Assembly (NCBI RefSeq): GCF_009914755.1
Contig: NC_060939.1
Reading direction: 5' to 3' (one strand)
Source of the DNA: the human T2T-CHM13v2.0 reference genome, Homo sapiens
Length of the DNA: 64,000 bases
Numbering within the stretch: the stretch's first letter is position 1; the number at the start of each line of letters is the position of its first letter. The translations under genes and the position numbers were made by a program. Below, one piece after another: positions 1 through 16,915 of the stretch. The notes beneath the pieces were generated by a model. That model was not told where the DNA came from. It searched no databases and was given only the letters and a program-made list of their open reading frames with translations.

Positions 1-87
1 AGGGCTTCCTTCCCGACTCTTTCTATGAGAGCACATCATCCTGGTACCAAAACCTGGCAGACACACAAGAAAAAAAACAAAACTTCA

Positions 88-960
88 AAAAATTTGCAAG
101 AAGAAAACAACCCCATCAAAAAGTGGGCGAAGGACATGAACAGACGCTTCTCAAAAGAAGACATTTATGCACCCAAAAAACACATGAAAAAATGCTCACC
201 ATCACTGGCCATCAGAGAAATGCAAATCAAAACCACAATGAGATACCATCTCACACCAGTTAGAATGGCAATCATTAAAAAGTCAGGAAACAACAGGTGC
301 TGGAGGAGATGTGGAGAAATAGGAACACTTTTACACTGTTGGTGGGACTGTAAACTAGTTCAACCATTGTGGAAGTCAGTGTGGCAATTCGTCAGGGATC
401 TAGAACTAGAAATACCATTTGACCCAGCCATCCCATTTCTGGGTATATACACAAAGGACTATAAATCATGCTGCTTTAAAGACACAGGCACACGTTTGTT
501 TATTGCGGCACTATTCACAATAGCAAAGACTTGGAACCAACCCAAATGTCCAACAATGATAGACTGGATTAAGAAAATGTGGCACATATACACCATGGAA
601 TACTATGCAGCCATAAAAAATGATGAGTTCATGTCCTTTGTAGGGACACGGATTAAATTGGAAATCATCATTCTCAGTAAACTATCACAAGAACAAAAAA
701 ACCAAACACCGCATGTTCTCACTCATAGGTGGGAATTGAACAATGAGATCACATGGACACAGGAAGGGGAACATCACACTCTGGGGACTGTTGTGATGAG
801 GGGGGAGGGGAGAAGGATAGCATTGGGAGATATACCTAATGCTAAATGTCGAGTTAATGGGTGCAGCACACAAGCATGGTGCATGCGTACATATGTAACT
901 AACCTGCACATTGTGCACATGTACCCTAAAACTTAAAGTATAATAATAATAAAATAAAAA
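88..960 (+). mobile_element. Young 5'-truncated L1 (L1PA2/PA3-like) nested in the older L1
   Basis: ORF 25-936 contains the near-consensus ORF2 C-terminus ([20 protein letters not shown]...[13 protein letters not shown]), then 3'UTR and A-tail. Target-site duplication aagaaaaaaaa(c)aaaacttca at 67-87 and 961-979. Confidence 0.9.
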
Positions 961-2245
961 AAGAAAAAAAAAAACTTCATGCCAATATTTTTGATGAACA
1001 TTTATGCAAACATTCTTAACAAAATAGGGGCAAACCAAATCCAGCAGCGCATCAGAAAGCTTATCCACCACAATCAAGTAGGCTCCATCTGTGGGATGCA
1101 ACTTTAATTCAACGTACACAAATCAATATGTGATTTATCACATAAACAGAACTAAAGACAAAAGCCACATGATTGTCTGAATAGATGCAGATAAATCTTT
1201 GCATCCATAAAATTCAACATCCATTCTTGTAAAAACTCTCAATAAACTAGGTATTGAAAAAAACATACTTCAATATAATAAGAACCATGTATGACAAACC
1301 CACAGCCAATATCATACTGAAAGGGCAAAAGCTGAAAGCATTCCCTTTTAAAACGGGCACAAGACAAGGATGCCCTCTCTCATGAATCCTATTTCAGATA
1401 GTATTGGAAGTACTGGGCAGAGCAATCAGGTAAGAGAAAAAGGCATTCAAATTGAAAGAAAAGAAATTAAACAACACCTGATGTCAGACGACATGATTCT
1501 ATATCTTGAAAACCCCTATTGTCTCAACCCCAAAGCTTCTTAAGCTGATAAATATCTTTAACAAAGTCCCAAGATACAAAATAAATGGGCAAAAATCACT
1601 AGCACTAAATCCTTATATACCAACAACAGTCAAGCCAAGAGCAAAATCGTGAATGAACACTCATTCACAGTTACCACAAAAAGAATAAAATACCAAGGAA
1701 TGTATCTAACAAGAGAAGTGAAAGGCCACTACAAGGAGAACTATAAACCACTTCTCAAAGAAATCAGACATGACATAAACAAATAGAAAAACATTTCATG
1801 CTTATGGATAGAAAGAGTTAATATTGTTAAAGTAGACACACTCCACAAAGAAATTTATAGAGTTAATAGTATTTCCGTTAAACTACCAATGACATTTTTC
1901 ACAAAACTAGAAAAGCTATTTTAAAATTTATATGGAACCAACAAAGGCCTGAATAGTCAAGACAACCCCAAACAAAAAGAACTAAGCTGGAGGCATCACA
2001 CTACCCAACTTCAAACTGTGCTACAGGGCTACAGAAACCAAAACAGCATGGTACTGGTACAAGAACAGACACACAGACCAATGAAACAGAATAGAGGACC
2101 CAGAAATAAGACTGCACACCTACAACTAACTGATCTTCGACAAACCTGACAAAAACAAGCAATGAAAAAACGACTCTGTACTCAATAAATGGTGCTGGGA
2201 TAACTGCCTAGCCATGTGCAAAAAATTGAAACTGAACCCCTTCCT

Positions 2246-2556
2246 CCATCATCCTCTGCAACTAACACAGGAACAGAAAACTAACCACCGCATATTCTCA
2301 CTCATAAGTGGGAGTTGAACAATAAGAACACATGGACACTGGAAGGGAAACAACACAACTGGGGCTAGTCAGGGAATGGGAGTCGAAGGGAGGGAGAGCA
2401 TTAGGATAACTAGCTAATACATGTGGGACTTGAAGCCTGGATAACGGGCTGATAGGTGCAGTAAACCACCATGGCACACATATACCAATGTAACAAACCT
2501 ACACATTCTGCACTTGTACTTCAGAACCCAATTTAAATTTAAAAAATAAAGAAAGA
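2246..2556 (+). mobile_element. Short L1 3'-end fragment nested in the older L1
   Basis: Jump from mid-ORF2 to ORF2 end/3'UTR sequence. The host resumes at ttccttacatcatatac; ttcct is repeated at 2241 and 2557. Confidence 0.7.
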
Positions 2557-3879
2557 TTCCTTACATCATATACAACAATAAACTCAACATGGTTTAAATG
2601 TAAAACCCAAGACTATAAAAACTTTGGAAGACAACCTAGGCAATACCATTCAGGACATAGGCATGGGCAAATATTTTATGATGAAGGCGCAAAAGCAATT
2701 AGAACAAAGAGAACATTGACAAATGGGATCTAATTAAACTAAAGAGCTTTTGCACAGCAAAAGAAACTATCAACAGAGTAAACAGACAATGTATAGAATG
2801 GGAGAAAATTTTTGCAAACTGTGCATCTGACAATAATCTAATTTCTAGCATCCATAAGGAACATAAATTTACACGAGAAAAACAAACAACCTTATTAAAA
2901 ATTGGCCAAAGGACACACAGAAACACTTCTTGAAAGAAGACATACATGCAGCCAATAAGCGTATGAAACAGAAGTTCAACATCAGTGACCATTAGAGAAA
3001 TGTAAATCCAAACCACAATGAGATATCATTTTATACCAGGTATAATGGTTACCATGAAAAAATCAAAAAATCACAGATGCTGACAAAGTTGTGGAGAAAA
3101 AGCAACATTTTTACCCTGTTGGTCGAGTTCAAACGTTGTGGAAGACAGTGTGGTGATTCTTCAAAGACCTAAAGAAAAGAATACCATTTGACCTAGCAAT
3201 CTCATTACTGGGTATATACCCAAACAAATATAAGTCATTCTATTATAAAGATACCTGCACGCACAAGTTCATCACAGCCCTATTCACAATAGCAAAGACA
3301 TCAAATCAGCCTACATGTTCATCAATAATAGACTGGTTGAAGAAAACGTAGTTCATATACAACATGGAGTACTATGCAGCCATAAAAAAGCACAAGATTA
3401 TGTCCTTTGTAGGGACATGGATGGAGCTGGAGGCCATTATCCTTAAAAAACTAACAGAAACAGAAAACCAAATACCACATTTTCTCACTTATAAGTGGAG
3501 GGTAGATGATGAGAACACACAGAAACATGGAGGGGAGCAACACGCACCAGGGCCTATCAGGAGGTAGGGGGTGAGAGGAGGGAGAGAATCAGAAAAAATA
3601 ACTAATAGTTAGTAGACTTAATACCTGGGTGATAAAACAATCTGCACAACCAAACTTCGGGACGGTATGTTTCCATATTTAAAGAACCTGCACATCCTGC
3701 CCATATACCCCTGAACTTAAAACAAAGTTCAAAAAAGAAAAACATTTTAGCAAAATGACAGACTATTTTTGACTACCTTCGTGTACAGTTCAGAGTCAGA
3801 CTGCCCAGCTCTAACATCCTTATTTATGAGAAAGAAAGCATTCTCTCTCTTATCTGCACTATTATATTGGGTTTTCTTT

Positions 3880-4176
<297 letters not shown>

Positions 4177-5594
4177 GTTTTCTTCTATATGTAGGAAAAT
4201 GTAATCCTAACTAAAGTGCTAGCTTTGCCATGGAATCTCTGTGTAATTCTGGATGTTATGTCACTTTCCTAAGACTTTTTTCTATCTGCATAGTGGTGGA
4301 GGCAGTAGTGGGGAAGATTTAATTATACAAAGGGTCCATCAATCCATGTGTTAAGTGAGGATGTCACTACTTTCCAGACTCAGAGGACAGGGGACATATT
4401 GTTATGCTCCATGGAAGCTGTTTGGGGGTGGAGGTGGGGCTCACTTGCACACATTGTCTGTGGGCCTTGAAAGATCAAGTGTGTATGACCCTTCTTGAAC
4501 AGAAGGTCCATGTGCCCAGTGCAGAACCCATCTATTTCTTCCCAAGTGAGGAAGATCTGGGAACACCCTGATCACAGCCTTGCTACACCAATCCTAGTTG
4601 GTAGGGACGTTAGACCATATGCATGTTGAGCTGTGGCTTAAGCATTTTGACATCTCACATCTCATTGGATATCTGAAAAACTGAGGTCTGGAGAGAAGCA
4701 GGGACTGGCCCAGAGATGATGAAGTGGGCAGAGTCCAAGGGAAAAAAGAGCATTCTGACCTCCTAGGCCAGGGCTCAACACTCTCATGGGGTTTGTTTTG
4801 GGAATGAGTCCCTGAGATCCTGGGGATTTTTGCCAATTTTCTCGTCATATGAAGCAAACTCATGTCTGCATCATAGAATTCCACAGGTTTGTGCATACAC
4901 ACACAGACTTCTCAGGCTAAAGGTCATAAGAGGAGTTAACGCTGATGGAGTGATGAGAAGAAAAAAGATAGAGGATAGGGGCAGCTTTGTCATGGGGTAG
5001 AAGCACCCCATCTTCTGGTAACATGCCCAGGACCCATAACATGGGCAGGGGAAGGCAATAGGCTGATGGCTTGAGAGGCTCAAGGCTTCCATGGATCTGA
5101 CTGGGCTGCAGCCAACACCAGGATAGCTTTCCAAGGACAAAACCTTACTTTCTCCATTCATTAATCTGCATAATTAAAATGGTAAGGAATCCCCCTACAC
5201 CCAATATGGAGAGGAATACAGTAGTGAAAACCTTCAATTTTTCCCTGTACAAATTGACATAATTGAACTGTGTGACCCCTAAATTTGAAAGGCTTAAAGA
5301 AGTGAGTTGACCTTGCTGTCTATCAATTACCACTGTACTCTCAGAACTTTGGAAATTGCTCTGTGTCCTCCGAAGGTCTTTCAGAGCAGAAAGTGGCCTA
5401 GGGGTGTGCGGGACTGAGCACTCAGGCTGGTGTAGAATGTGACAGATCCTCAGACCACTGCTCTGGGATCCAAGGAGAAGACCTTCTCGGTCAGAGCTTT
5501 GGGGATCTTTTTTTTGGAGGGGGCGATCTTTTTTGAAAGTGGAGACAGAATCGTTTTCCAGGGCTCCCTCATTTGCCCTCCTGTTTCATAGTAT

Positions 5595-5606
5595 TTCTTT
5601 TTTCTG

Positions 5607-5647
<41 letters not shown>

Positions 5648-5954
5648 TTTCTTTCTTTCTTCTTTCTTTTTCTTTCTTTCTTCTTTCTTTCTTTCCTTCT
5701 TTTTCTTTCTCTTTCTTTCTTTCTCCTTCGTTTCTTTTCTTTCTTCCTTTCTTTCTTCTTTCTCTTTCTTTTGTTCTTCCTTCATTCCTTCCTTCCGTTT
5801 CTTTCTTTCTTCTTTCTTTCTTTCCTCTTCCTTCATTCCTTCCTTCCTTTTCTTTCTTTCTTTCTTTCTTTCTCTTTCTTTCTCCTTCCTTCCTCCCTCC
5901 CTTTCTTTTCTTTCTTTCCTTATTTTCTTTTTTCTTTCTTCTTTCTTTCTTTCT

Positions 5955-5994
<40 letters not shown>

Positions 5995-5995
5995 T
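5595..5995. repeat. (CTTT/CTTCC)n pyrimidine microsatellite, expanded Alu tail
   Basis: About 400 bp almost purely C/T, abutting the 3' end of an antisense Alu. Confidence 0.95.
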
Positions 5996-5999
5996 ATCA

Positions 6000-6316
6000 G
6001 AGTCTCTCTCTTCTCGCTCTTTCACGGGACTGGAGTGGAGTGGCATGATCTCGGCTCACTGCAACCTCCACCTCCCGGGTTCAAGTGATTCACTGCAACC
6101 TCCACCTCCCAGGTTCAAGTGATTCTCCTGCCTCAGCCTCCTGAGTAGCTGGGAATATAAGGGCGTGCCACCAAGCCTGGCTAATTTTTGTATTATTAGT
6201 AGAGACGGGGTTTCGCCATGTTGTCCAGGATGGTCTCGATCTCTTCACCTCGTGATCTGCTTGCATCAGCCTCTGAAAAAAACTGAGATTATAGGTGTGA
6301 GCCACCACACAAAGCC
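6000..6316 (-). mobile_element. Alu with 34-bp internal tandem duplication
   Basis: cactgcaacctccacctccc(g/a)ggttcaagtgatt at 6057-6090 and 6091-6124. Confidence 0.9.
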
Positions 6317-6564
6317 TACAGTTTATTTTTCTTTGCTTGTTAAAATGTTTTAGTCAGCTAAAATTTACACAATATAGAGTTCTACATACTATCTAATATA
6401 AAGTGTAAAATTCAGTGCTTTTCAGTTTATTTACAATGCTATGCAACTGTCACCCTTATCAAATTCCAAAATAGTTTCATCACCCTCTCACCAAAAAAAC
6501 TCCATATCCATTAAGCAGTAATTTATCATTCATCCACCGAATTTCCTTGGTAACCACTGATTGA

Positions 6565-6893
<329 letters not shown>

Positions 6894-7075
6894 TTCTATT
6901 TCTAGTTTTCTATTCTAGTCACTTTATAGAAATATAATAATATAATATGTGACCTTTTTTCTTTGGCTTTTCTCTTTGAGCGTGTTTTCATTATTTATCC
7001 ATGTTGTGGCACATATCAGTTCTGTATTTATTTTTATGGCTAGCTAATACTCCATTGTATAAATAATATTCTATT

Positions 7076-7365
7076 GGCCAGGGACGATGGCTCACACCTA
7101 TAAACTCAGTATTTTGGGAGGCTGAGGCTGGTGGATCACCTGAGGTCAGGAGTTCTAGACCAGCCTGGCTGACATGGTGAAACACTGTGTCTACTAAAAA
7201 TACAAAAATTAGCCGGGCGTGGTTCCTGAAAGCCCAATTGCTCAGGAGGCTGAGGCCAGGGAATCTCTTGAACCCAGGAGGTGGAGGTTACAGTGAGCTG
7301 AGATCGTGCCACTGCACTCCAGCATGGGTGACAGAGCAAGACTGTCTCAAAAAAAAAGAAAGAAA
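7076..7365 (+). mobile_element. Alu (AluS-like)
   Basis: ggccagggacgatggctcacacc...gactgtctcaaaaaaa. Confidence 0.9.
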
Positions 7366-7606
7366 ATGAGAGGAAATATGTGCAAACTACACAGCTGACA
7401 AGCGATTGATAAGCAGAATACAGAATAAACAAAAAACTAAATAAAAAATTAGTTTAACTTTAAAATGGGCAATAATCTTCAGAAACATTTCTGGAAAATA
7501 TAAGGGGCATAAACATAGAACCTAAAAGTTAGAGAAGAATTATGAAAAAACTGAAGGATATAGAAAAAATAATTTCAGACTATTCACATTAAAATTTAAT
7601 TAGAGA

Positions 7607-10897
<3,291 letters not shown>

Positions 10898-11620
10898 CAT
10901 TTATGTGGCTCAAGTTCTCTAATATAACATAGTACGGTCAAAATGGAAGGGTAAAAATTGCAAGACCACCTTAACGTTTGTCATCTTAAGTGTACTATAA
11001 AAATGCCTTTTAAATTAATTCAGTGAATAGGTTTTTAAGTGCATGTTTTAGATTATGCTGAACTGTCAAATACCAGCACATCCCTAATTTGCAGTAGATT
11101 AACAGCACTTTTTAGCACACATCACAGAGTTGTTCGGTGGCCAAATTGAAAAGGCACCTCCTCTCCATGTGGTCATTCAGAAACTCAAAGTTCTTTCATT
11201 ATTTGTCTTCATCATCCATGAGTCGTGGTTGCCGTTTGTGTTCAGTCCCCTGAAAATAAAGTACTTTAAGAAATGCATGCGAGAAGACTTGATGGACTCA
11301 TCTTAATGTGACTCACATCCATCTCACTCTACAACCATTAACAATAACTGGTCACGTTTCCACATCTCATGCAAATGAGGCTAAGAAATGTAATTCTGCT
11401 GTGTCCCTAATAAATGGGAGAATAGAATTTGTTGAATGACCAGAGTTTTCCGTAACATTGTGTCACTCATATGGATTTACTGTGTTTCTCAAATATTTAT
11501 TAAACATCTGTCATAGCCAAGCACTGTGATAAGGAGTACAGGGAGGACAGAGAGCTGACTCAGCAGAGTCCTAGTCTGAAAGAAACTCACAATCTAAGAA
11601 AATAAGAAAAGTCATGTTAG

Positions 11621-12096
11621 GTGCTGCTATAAAGGCACATGCACACGTATGTTTATTGTGGCACTACTCACAATGCAAATACTTGGAACCAACCGAAATG
11701 TCCAACAATGATAGACTGGATCAAGCAAATGTGGCCCATATACACCATGGAATGCTATGCAGCCATAAAAAATGATGAGTTCATGTCCTTTGTGTGTACA
11801 TGGATGAAGCTGGAAAAGATAATTCTCAGCAAACTATCACAAGGACAAAAAAAAACAAACACCACATGTTCTCGCTTATAGGTGGGAATTGAACAATGAG
11901 AACACTTGGACACAGGAAGGGTAACATTACCCACTGGGGAATGTTGTTGGGGGGGGAGGGGGGAGGGATAGCATTTGGAGATATACCTAATGTAAATGAC
12001 GAGTTAATGGGTGCAGCTCACCAACATGGCACATGTATACATAAGTAACAAACCTGCACGTTGTGCACATGTACCCTAGAACTTAAAGTATAATAA
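11621..12096 (+). mobile_element. L1PA4/5-like 3' end
   Basis: [15 protein letters not shown]...[11 protein letters not shown], then 3'UTR to acttaaagtataata. Confidence 0.9.
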
Positions 12097-12129
12097 ATAT
12101 ATGTATAACATACGTATATATTATATACA

Positions 12130-12333
12130 TGTTCAAGGGATTCTCCTGCCTCAGCCTCCCAAGTAGCTGGGATTACAAGCGCTGCCATTACTCCCAGCTA
12201 TTTTTTGTATTTTTAGTAGAGAAGGAGTTTTGCCATGTTGACCAGGACGGTCTGGATCTCCTGACCTCATGATCCACACCCCTTGGCCTCCCAGAGTGCT
12301 GGGATTACAGGTGTGAGCCACAGCCCCCGGCCT
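12130..12333 (-). mobile_element. Partial Alu
   Basis: gttcaagggattctcctgcctcagcc...cccggcc. Confidence 0.85.
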
Positions 12334-12334
12334 A

Positions 12335-13755
12335 TATGAGTTTTCAAATAGTTTTTTCTAGCTCCGTAAAAAATTTCATTGGCAGTTTGATGGAAATAGT
12401 ATTAAATCTGTAAATTTCTTTGTGAAGTATAGCCATTTTAGTGATATTGCATCTTCCTATCCGTGAGCATGGGATGGTTTTCCATTTGTTTGTATCTTCT
12501 CTGATTTCTTTGAGCAGTGTTTTGTAAATCTCATTGTAGAGCTCTTTCACCTCCCTGGTGAGCTGCATTTCCAGATATTTTATTATTTTAGTGGCAATTG
12601 TGAATGGGATGGCCTTTCTGATTTTGCTGTCAGTGTGGCTATCGTTGGTGTAGAAAAATGTTAGTGATCTTTGCACATTGATTTAGTATCTTGAAACTTT
12701 GCTGAAGCTGTTTGTTAACTAAAGAAGCTTTGTAGATGAAACTACAGGGTTTTCTAGATAGAGAATTATGTTATCTGCAAACAGAAATAGTTTGGCTTTC
12801 TCTCTTCCTATTTGGATGTTCTTCGGATTTCTTTCTCTAGCCTGATTGCTCTGGTCAGTACTGTCAATACTAAGTTGAATAGAAATGGCAAGAGAGGGCA
12901 TTCTTGCCTTCTACTGGTTTTAAAAAATAATGTTCCCGGCTTTTGCCCATTCAACACATTGTTGGCTGTGGGTTTCTTATAGACGGCTTTTATTATTTTC
13001 TGCGTCTATTGAGATAATCATCTTTTTTTTGTTTTTAGTTCTGTTTATGTAATGTATTACATTTATTGATTTGCACATGATGGACCAACCTTGCGTCCTA
13101 AGGAGGAAGCCTACTTGATCATGACGGATTACCTGTTTGATGTGCTGCTGGATTTGCCTCCCAAATATTTTGTTGAGAACTTTTGTATTGATGTTCGTCA
13201 AGAATGTTGGCCTGAAGTTTTCTTTCCCTTCTTTCTTTTTTTTTTTTTTTTTGACGGTGTCTCCCTCTGTTGCCCAGGCTGGAGTGGATTGCACTGGCGC
13301 GATCTCTGCTTAATGCAATCTCTGCCTCCTGAGTTCACGCCATTCTCCTGCTTCAGCCTCCCAAGTAGCTGGGACTACAGGTGTCTGCTACCAAGCCCGG
13401 CTAATTTTTTGTGTTTTTGTTGTGTCTCTGCCTGTTTTGGTGTCAAGATCATGCTGTCCTCATAGAATGAGTTGGGGAGAAGACCCTCCTTCTCAATTTT
13501 TGGGTATAGTTTCTGTAGGAATTGTACCAGCTCTTCTTTGTACATTTGGTAGAATTTGGCTGTAAGTCCATAAAGTCCAGAGCTTTTTTTTTTGATTGGC
13601 AAGCTACTTATTACCTATTTAATATCAGAGTTTTTTACTGGTCTGTTCAGGAAATCATTGTCTTCCTGGCTTAATCTTGAGAGAGTGTGTATATCTAGGA
13701 ATCTATTTATTTCGTTAAAGTTTTCTAGTTTGTGTGTATAAAGTTGTTCATGTTA
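12335..13755 (-). mobile_element. Antisense L1 ORF2 (RT region) fragment with a partial Alu inserted at about 13235-13420
   Basis: Minus-strand ORFs [34 protein letters not shown] and IRHDQVGF. Confidence 0.85.
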
Positions 13756-14726
13756 GTGCTGTCCCCAGTTAAATAAAAACAACTATTAGAAACCACTAAA
13801 GTTTAACACTTGTTTTTATATCTTTAATCAATTTTTATTTAATTTTTCTACTTGGAATGTGATAAAGATTCAACTTTACTGGTTTAAATGTGGACTTGTT
13901 TTCCCAGCATTTCTTGTGTAACAAACTGTCTTTACATAATGATTAAGACACACTTTTAAAAAGACAAACAATAATTTATGAAAGGGTTTTTTGGAGTATC
14001 TATTTTATTTATTTGATCTCCACAATTGTTCTTATGCCACTATCAAACTGTTATAATTTTAGTAGCTTTTTATGTTTTCAAATTTAAAATTGTGAGCCAC
14101 CTAATTTTGTCCTTCTTTTCAAGATTATTCTGTACATTCAGAGGATGTTCAAATTCCATATGAAGTTTTAAATGAGCTATTTTCTTTTTGCAGAAGAAAA
14201 GTTGGAAAAATGAAAACTTGGGATTACAGTACATCTGTACACTCCTTTGGGCAGTGGTATTGTCATCTTAACTTCATTAAATCTTCCGGTTCAGGAACAT
14301 GGAATTTGTTGCCAGTTATTTAAGTCCTTTTTAGTTTTTTTCATAAACATTCTGATCCTGTATTTTTTATTGTACAAGATATTTACCTCCTTATTAAATT
14401 TATTGCTAAGAATTATATTATTTTAATGTTGTTGCGAACAATTGTTTTCTTAATTTACTGTCAAATTGTTAATTGTATATGGAAATGCAGTTTATGTTTC
14501 TGTGTTGTAAAAATAATTATTTCATGTCTCAAATCTAGATTAGCAATTCATTCAGAATAAATATGCTGTATATATTACTAGTCATTTAACTTTTTCCAAT
14601 AAGCTAACCAATTTCAATATGTCTAAATATGTAAAAATGTTAAATTGTGTTAGATTTTTCACTTACTCTCACCTGTCATTTATCTGTCAGAATTACATTA
14701 CTGCGCACTAGAACTTTCATTTCTGG

Positions 14727-14932
14727 GGCCGGGCACGGAGGCTCATGCCTATATTCCTAGCACTTTGTGAGGCCAAGGCAGGCGGACCACCTGAGATCAG
14801 GAGTTCGAGACCTGTCTGGCCAATATGGTAAAACCCCGCCTCTACTAAAAATACAAAAATAAGCTGAGCGTGGTCTTGGGAGACTGTATTCCCAGCTACT
14901 TTGGAGGCTGACACTGGAGAATCACTTGAACA
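14727..14932 (+). mobile_element. Partial Alu
   Basis: ggccgggcacggaggctcatgcc...gaatcacttgaac. Confidence 0.85.
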
Positions 14933-16029
14933 ATCCCACGACACAAAACAACCGAGGTTAGTCTTCATGTCGAAAGTCTTCAATGGATTGTCTTTTATCA
15001 CAGGATTGCTTAGTGCAACATTTAATGGGAAAGATGCATGCTACTGAGATGTAGTTCTCCACAAGTCTCTTAGAGTTTGTTGTTTTGTTGTGGATTACAT
15101 CACATACCTGTCCTGTTCCACGTTATTTTTCAAAGATTTTTGTACACAAATAACCTGGAAAAAGGGTAGTAGTTTTTCTCTTCAGGTGAATGGCAGATAA
15201 ATTACTCAATCAATATAATAAAGACAATTTTTCTTTGTGACGCAAAGGTTGGACAGGCTTCCATGTAACCTACTTTAAAAAGATTGAGGTTTCTTAGTCT
15301 TGAGTCTGCTCAGCTATGACACAAATCTTCCCCATGTACAATGTCCATATGAGCCTTTTGAAATCCTTCAAAAAACGTAGTATGGACAAGGAGAACTAAT
15401 ACAAATATGAGGCTTTTGCCTCCAGGTAAGCAGTAAATAGTAGGTATTTTTTTTCATACTTCAGTGTCTCATGCCTTCTACCAGCATCGATGAAAATGGA
15501 AGGTTAATATGTTGTTTACAAATGCTATAAAATCTTAGATACGTCACAATTATTTAATTTTGGAGATGACTATGGCATGCTGAGATAAACACAACTTTCT
15601 GAAAGGGGAAAAGGAACAAATACTTGAAGAGCTTGCAAGGGATATGAGAAGTTCCCCCAGGACCAACAGCAAATTCTCTCGGCCAAGTGGTTAGTTTGGT
15701 GAAGCAAGAGATCAAGACTCTGCTGTCTGCTAATGAGACTGATCCTTGAGAGGATTATAACAATGAACCTGAGAGCTTTGCATGTTCACTTTTCTCCTGC
15801 TGGAAAATCAAGGAGCTCTTAAAGCTAATGTTGAGGTTTGGATGAGTCCAAAACAGTAGAAGTTCATGTGGTTCAGCTGTGAGCAGCAAAAAGACTGCAA
15901 AAAGCCACATTAAGCAGGTTTTGTAAGTCTCTCCTTTACCCACATGAAGGAACCCATTCCCTCTGCACTTCTAATTTTTGTCCTTTGTCTACAGCTAACT
16001 TCAGCAACTTTAAATATTAAACTACATAC

Positions 16030-16915
16030 GATTGGAGGTTTGGATGGGGGAACACAAATGTATGTAGTTCCTTTGGATATATGTATCTAATTCACCATTC
16101 TGTGGAGTCCCTTAGGGTGCACAGGGAGATATAGGTGTTAGGGTGGCTGGAAATGCTGACAAACCTATCATTCTATTAATCCAGTTGCTTCCAGATAATG
16201 GAAAGCATGGTAAGTCCACTGACATCCGTGAAGATGAGCACACTGCTACACTTTGGCTGTGAAGTGAGTTTCTTGGTCTGAGCAATGCTAAGTGGAATAT
16301 CATAGGGATGGATGAGGGATTCTGTGAGTCCATGGAGGGTAGTTTTGGCAGAATTCCACCCAGGGAAAGCAAATTTGTATCCATAGTAAGAGCCTACTCC
16401 AGTGAGTACAAACTGTTGCCGCCTATATTATAAAAGTTATTCAACGTAATAAATTTACTACCAGGTGCCTGGTGGATCACCCTGGAAATGATGTCATATC
16501 AAAGACTCAGTGTAGATCTGTGCTGCTGTCAAATTAAACATTCAGAATTGACTGTAGCCAGACTGGCCTTTGGGATTCAAAGTTCATATTGCTTAGCCCG
16601 TGCATTGCTTCTATTTCTGCTACTATGTTCACCTTGTTTATAAGCCCATTGGGTGATGATGGGGGTGACAGGGAAGTAAGAATGACCCATACTCACGGAA
16701 CAAGACATTCTGTCCACATCATTATCAAAATCATGCTCTGATACGGTTACCCCTTAGTAGGGATTCATATAGAACAGACATATCTTTATGTAATTTACCC
16801 AGTGAGAGAAGTTTATCCACAAAAGTTTTTCTATTTTTTTTTTTTTGCCAGGAATTTTGTAATCATGTTCCTTCCGTGTCATTGGTCATGTAGCCAATTC
16901 ATGGGCCACAGCAGT
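16030..16915 (-). mobile_element. Possible ancient ERVL-class internal fragment
   Basis: General resemblance to ERVL internal sequence from memory only; no intact ORF. Confidence 0.3.

Larger units (their letters stand above)
1..3745 (+). mobile_element. Older primate L1 (L1PA8-L1PB-like), ORF2 3' half plus 3'UTR, host to two nested L1 insertions
   Basis: ORF2-like sequence at 1-87 resumes at 961 (aaaacttca-tgccaatatt). ORF 3364-3567 MEYYAAIKK...MELEAIIL is the ORF2 C-terminus. 3'UTR and A-tail end near 3745. Many stops. Confidence 0.85.

Noticed and set aside
25-936. 303-aa ORF
   Set aside because: Chimeric read-through from an old L1 fragment into a 5'-truncated L1 ORF2 end and 3'UTR; not a gene.
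5450-6088. K/E/R-rich and F/L/S-rich ORFs here and at 26875-28161 and 58877-60279
   Set aside because: Translations of CT/CTTT microsatellites.
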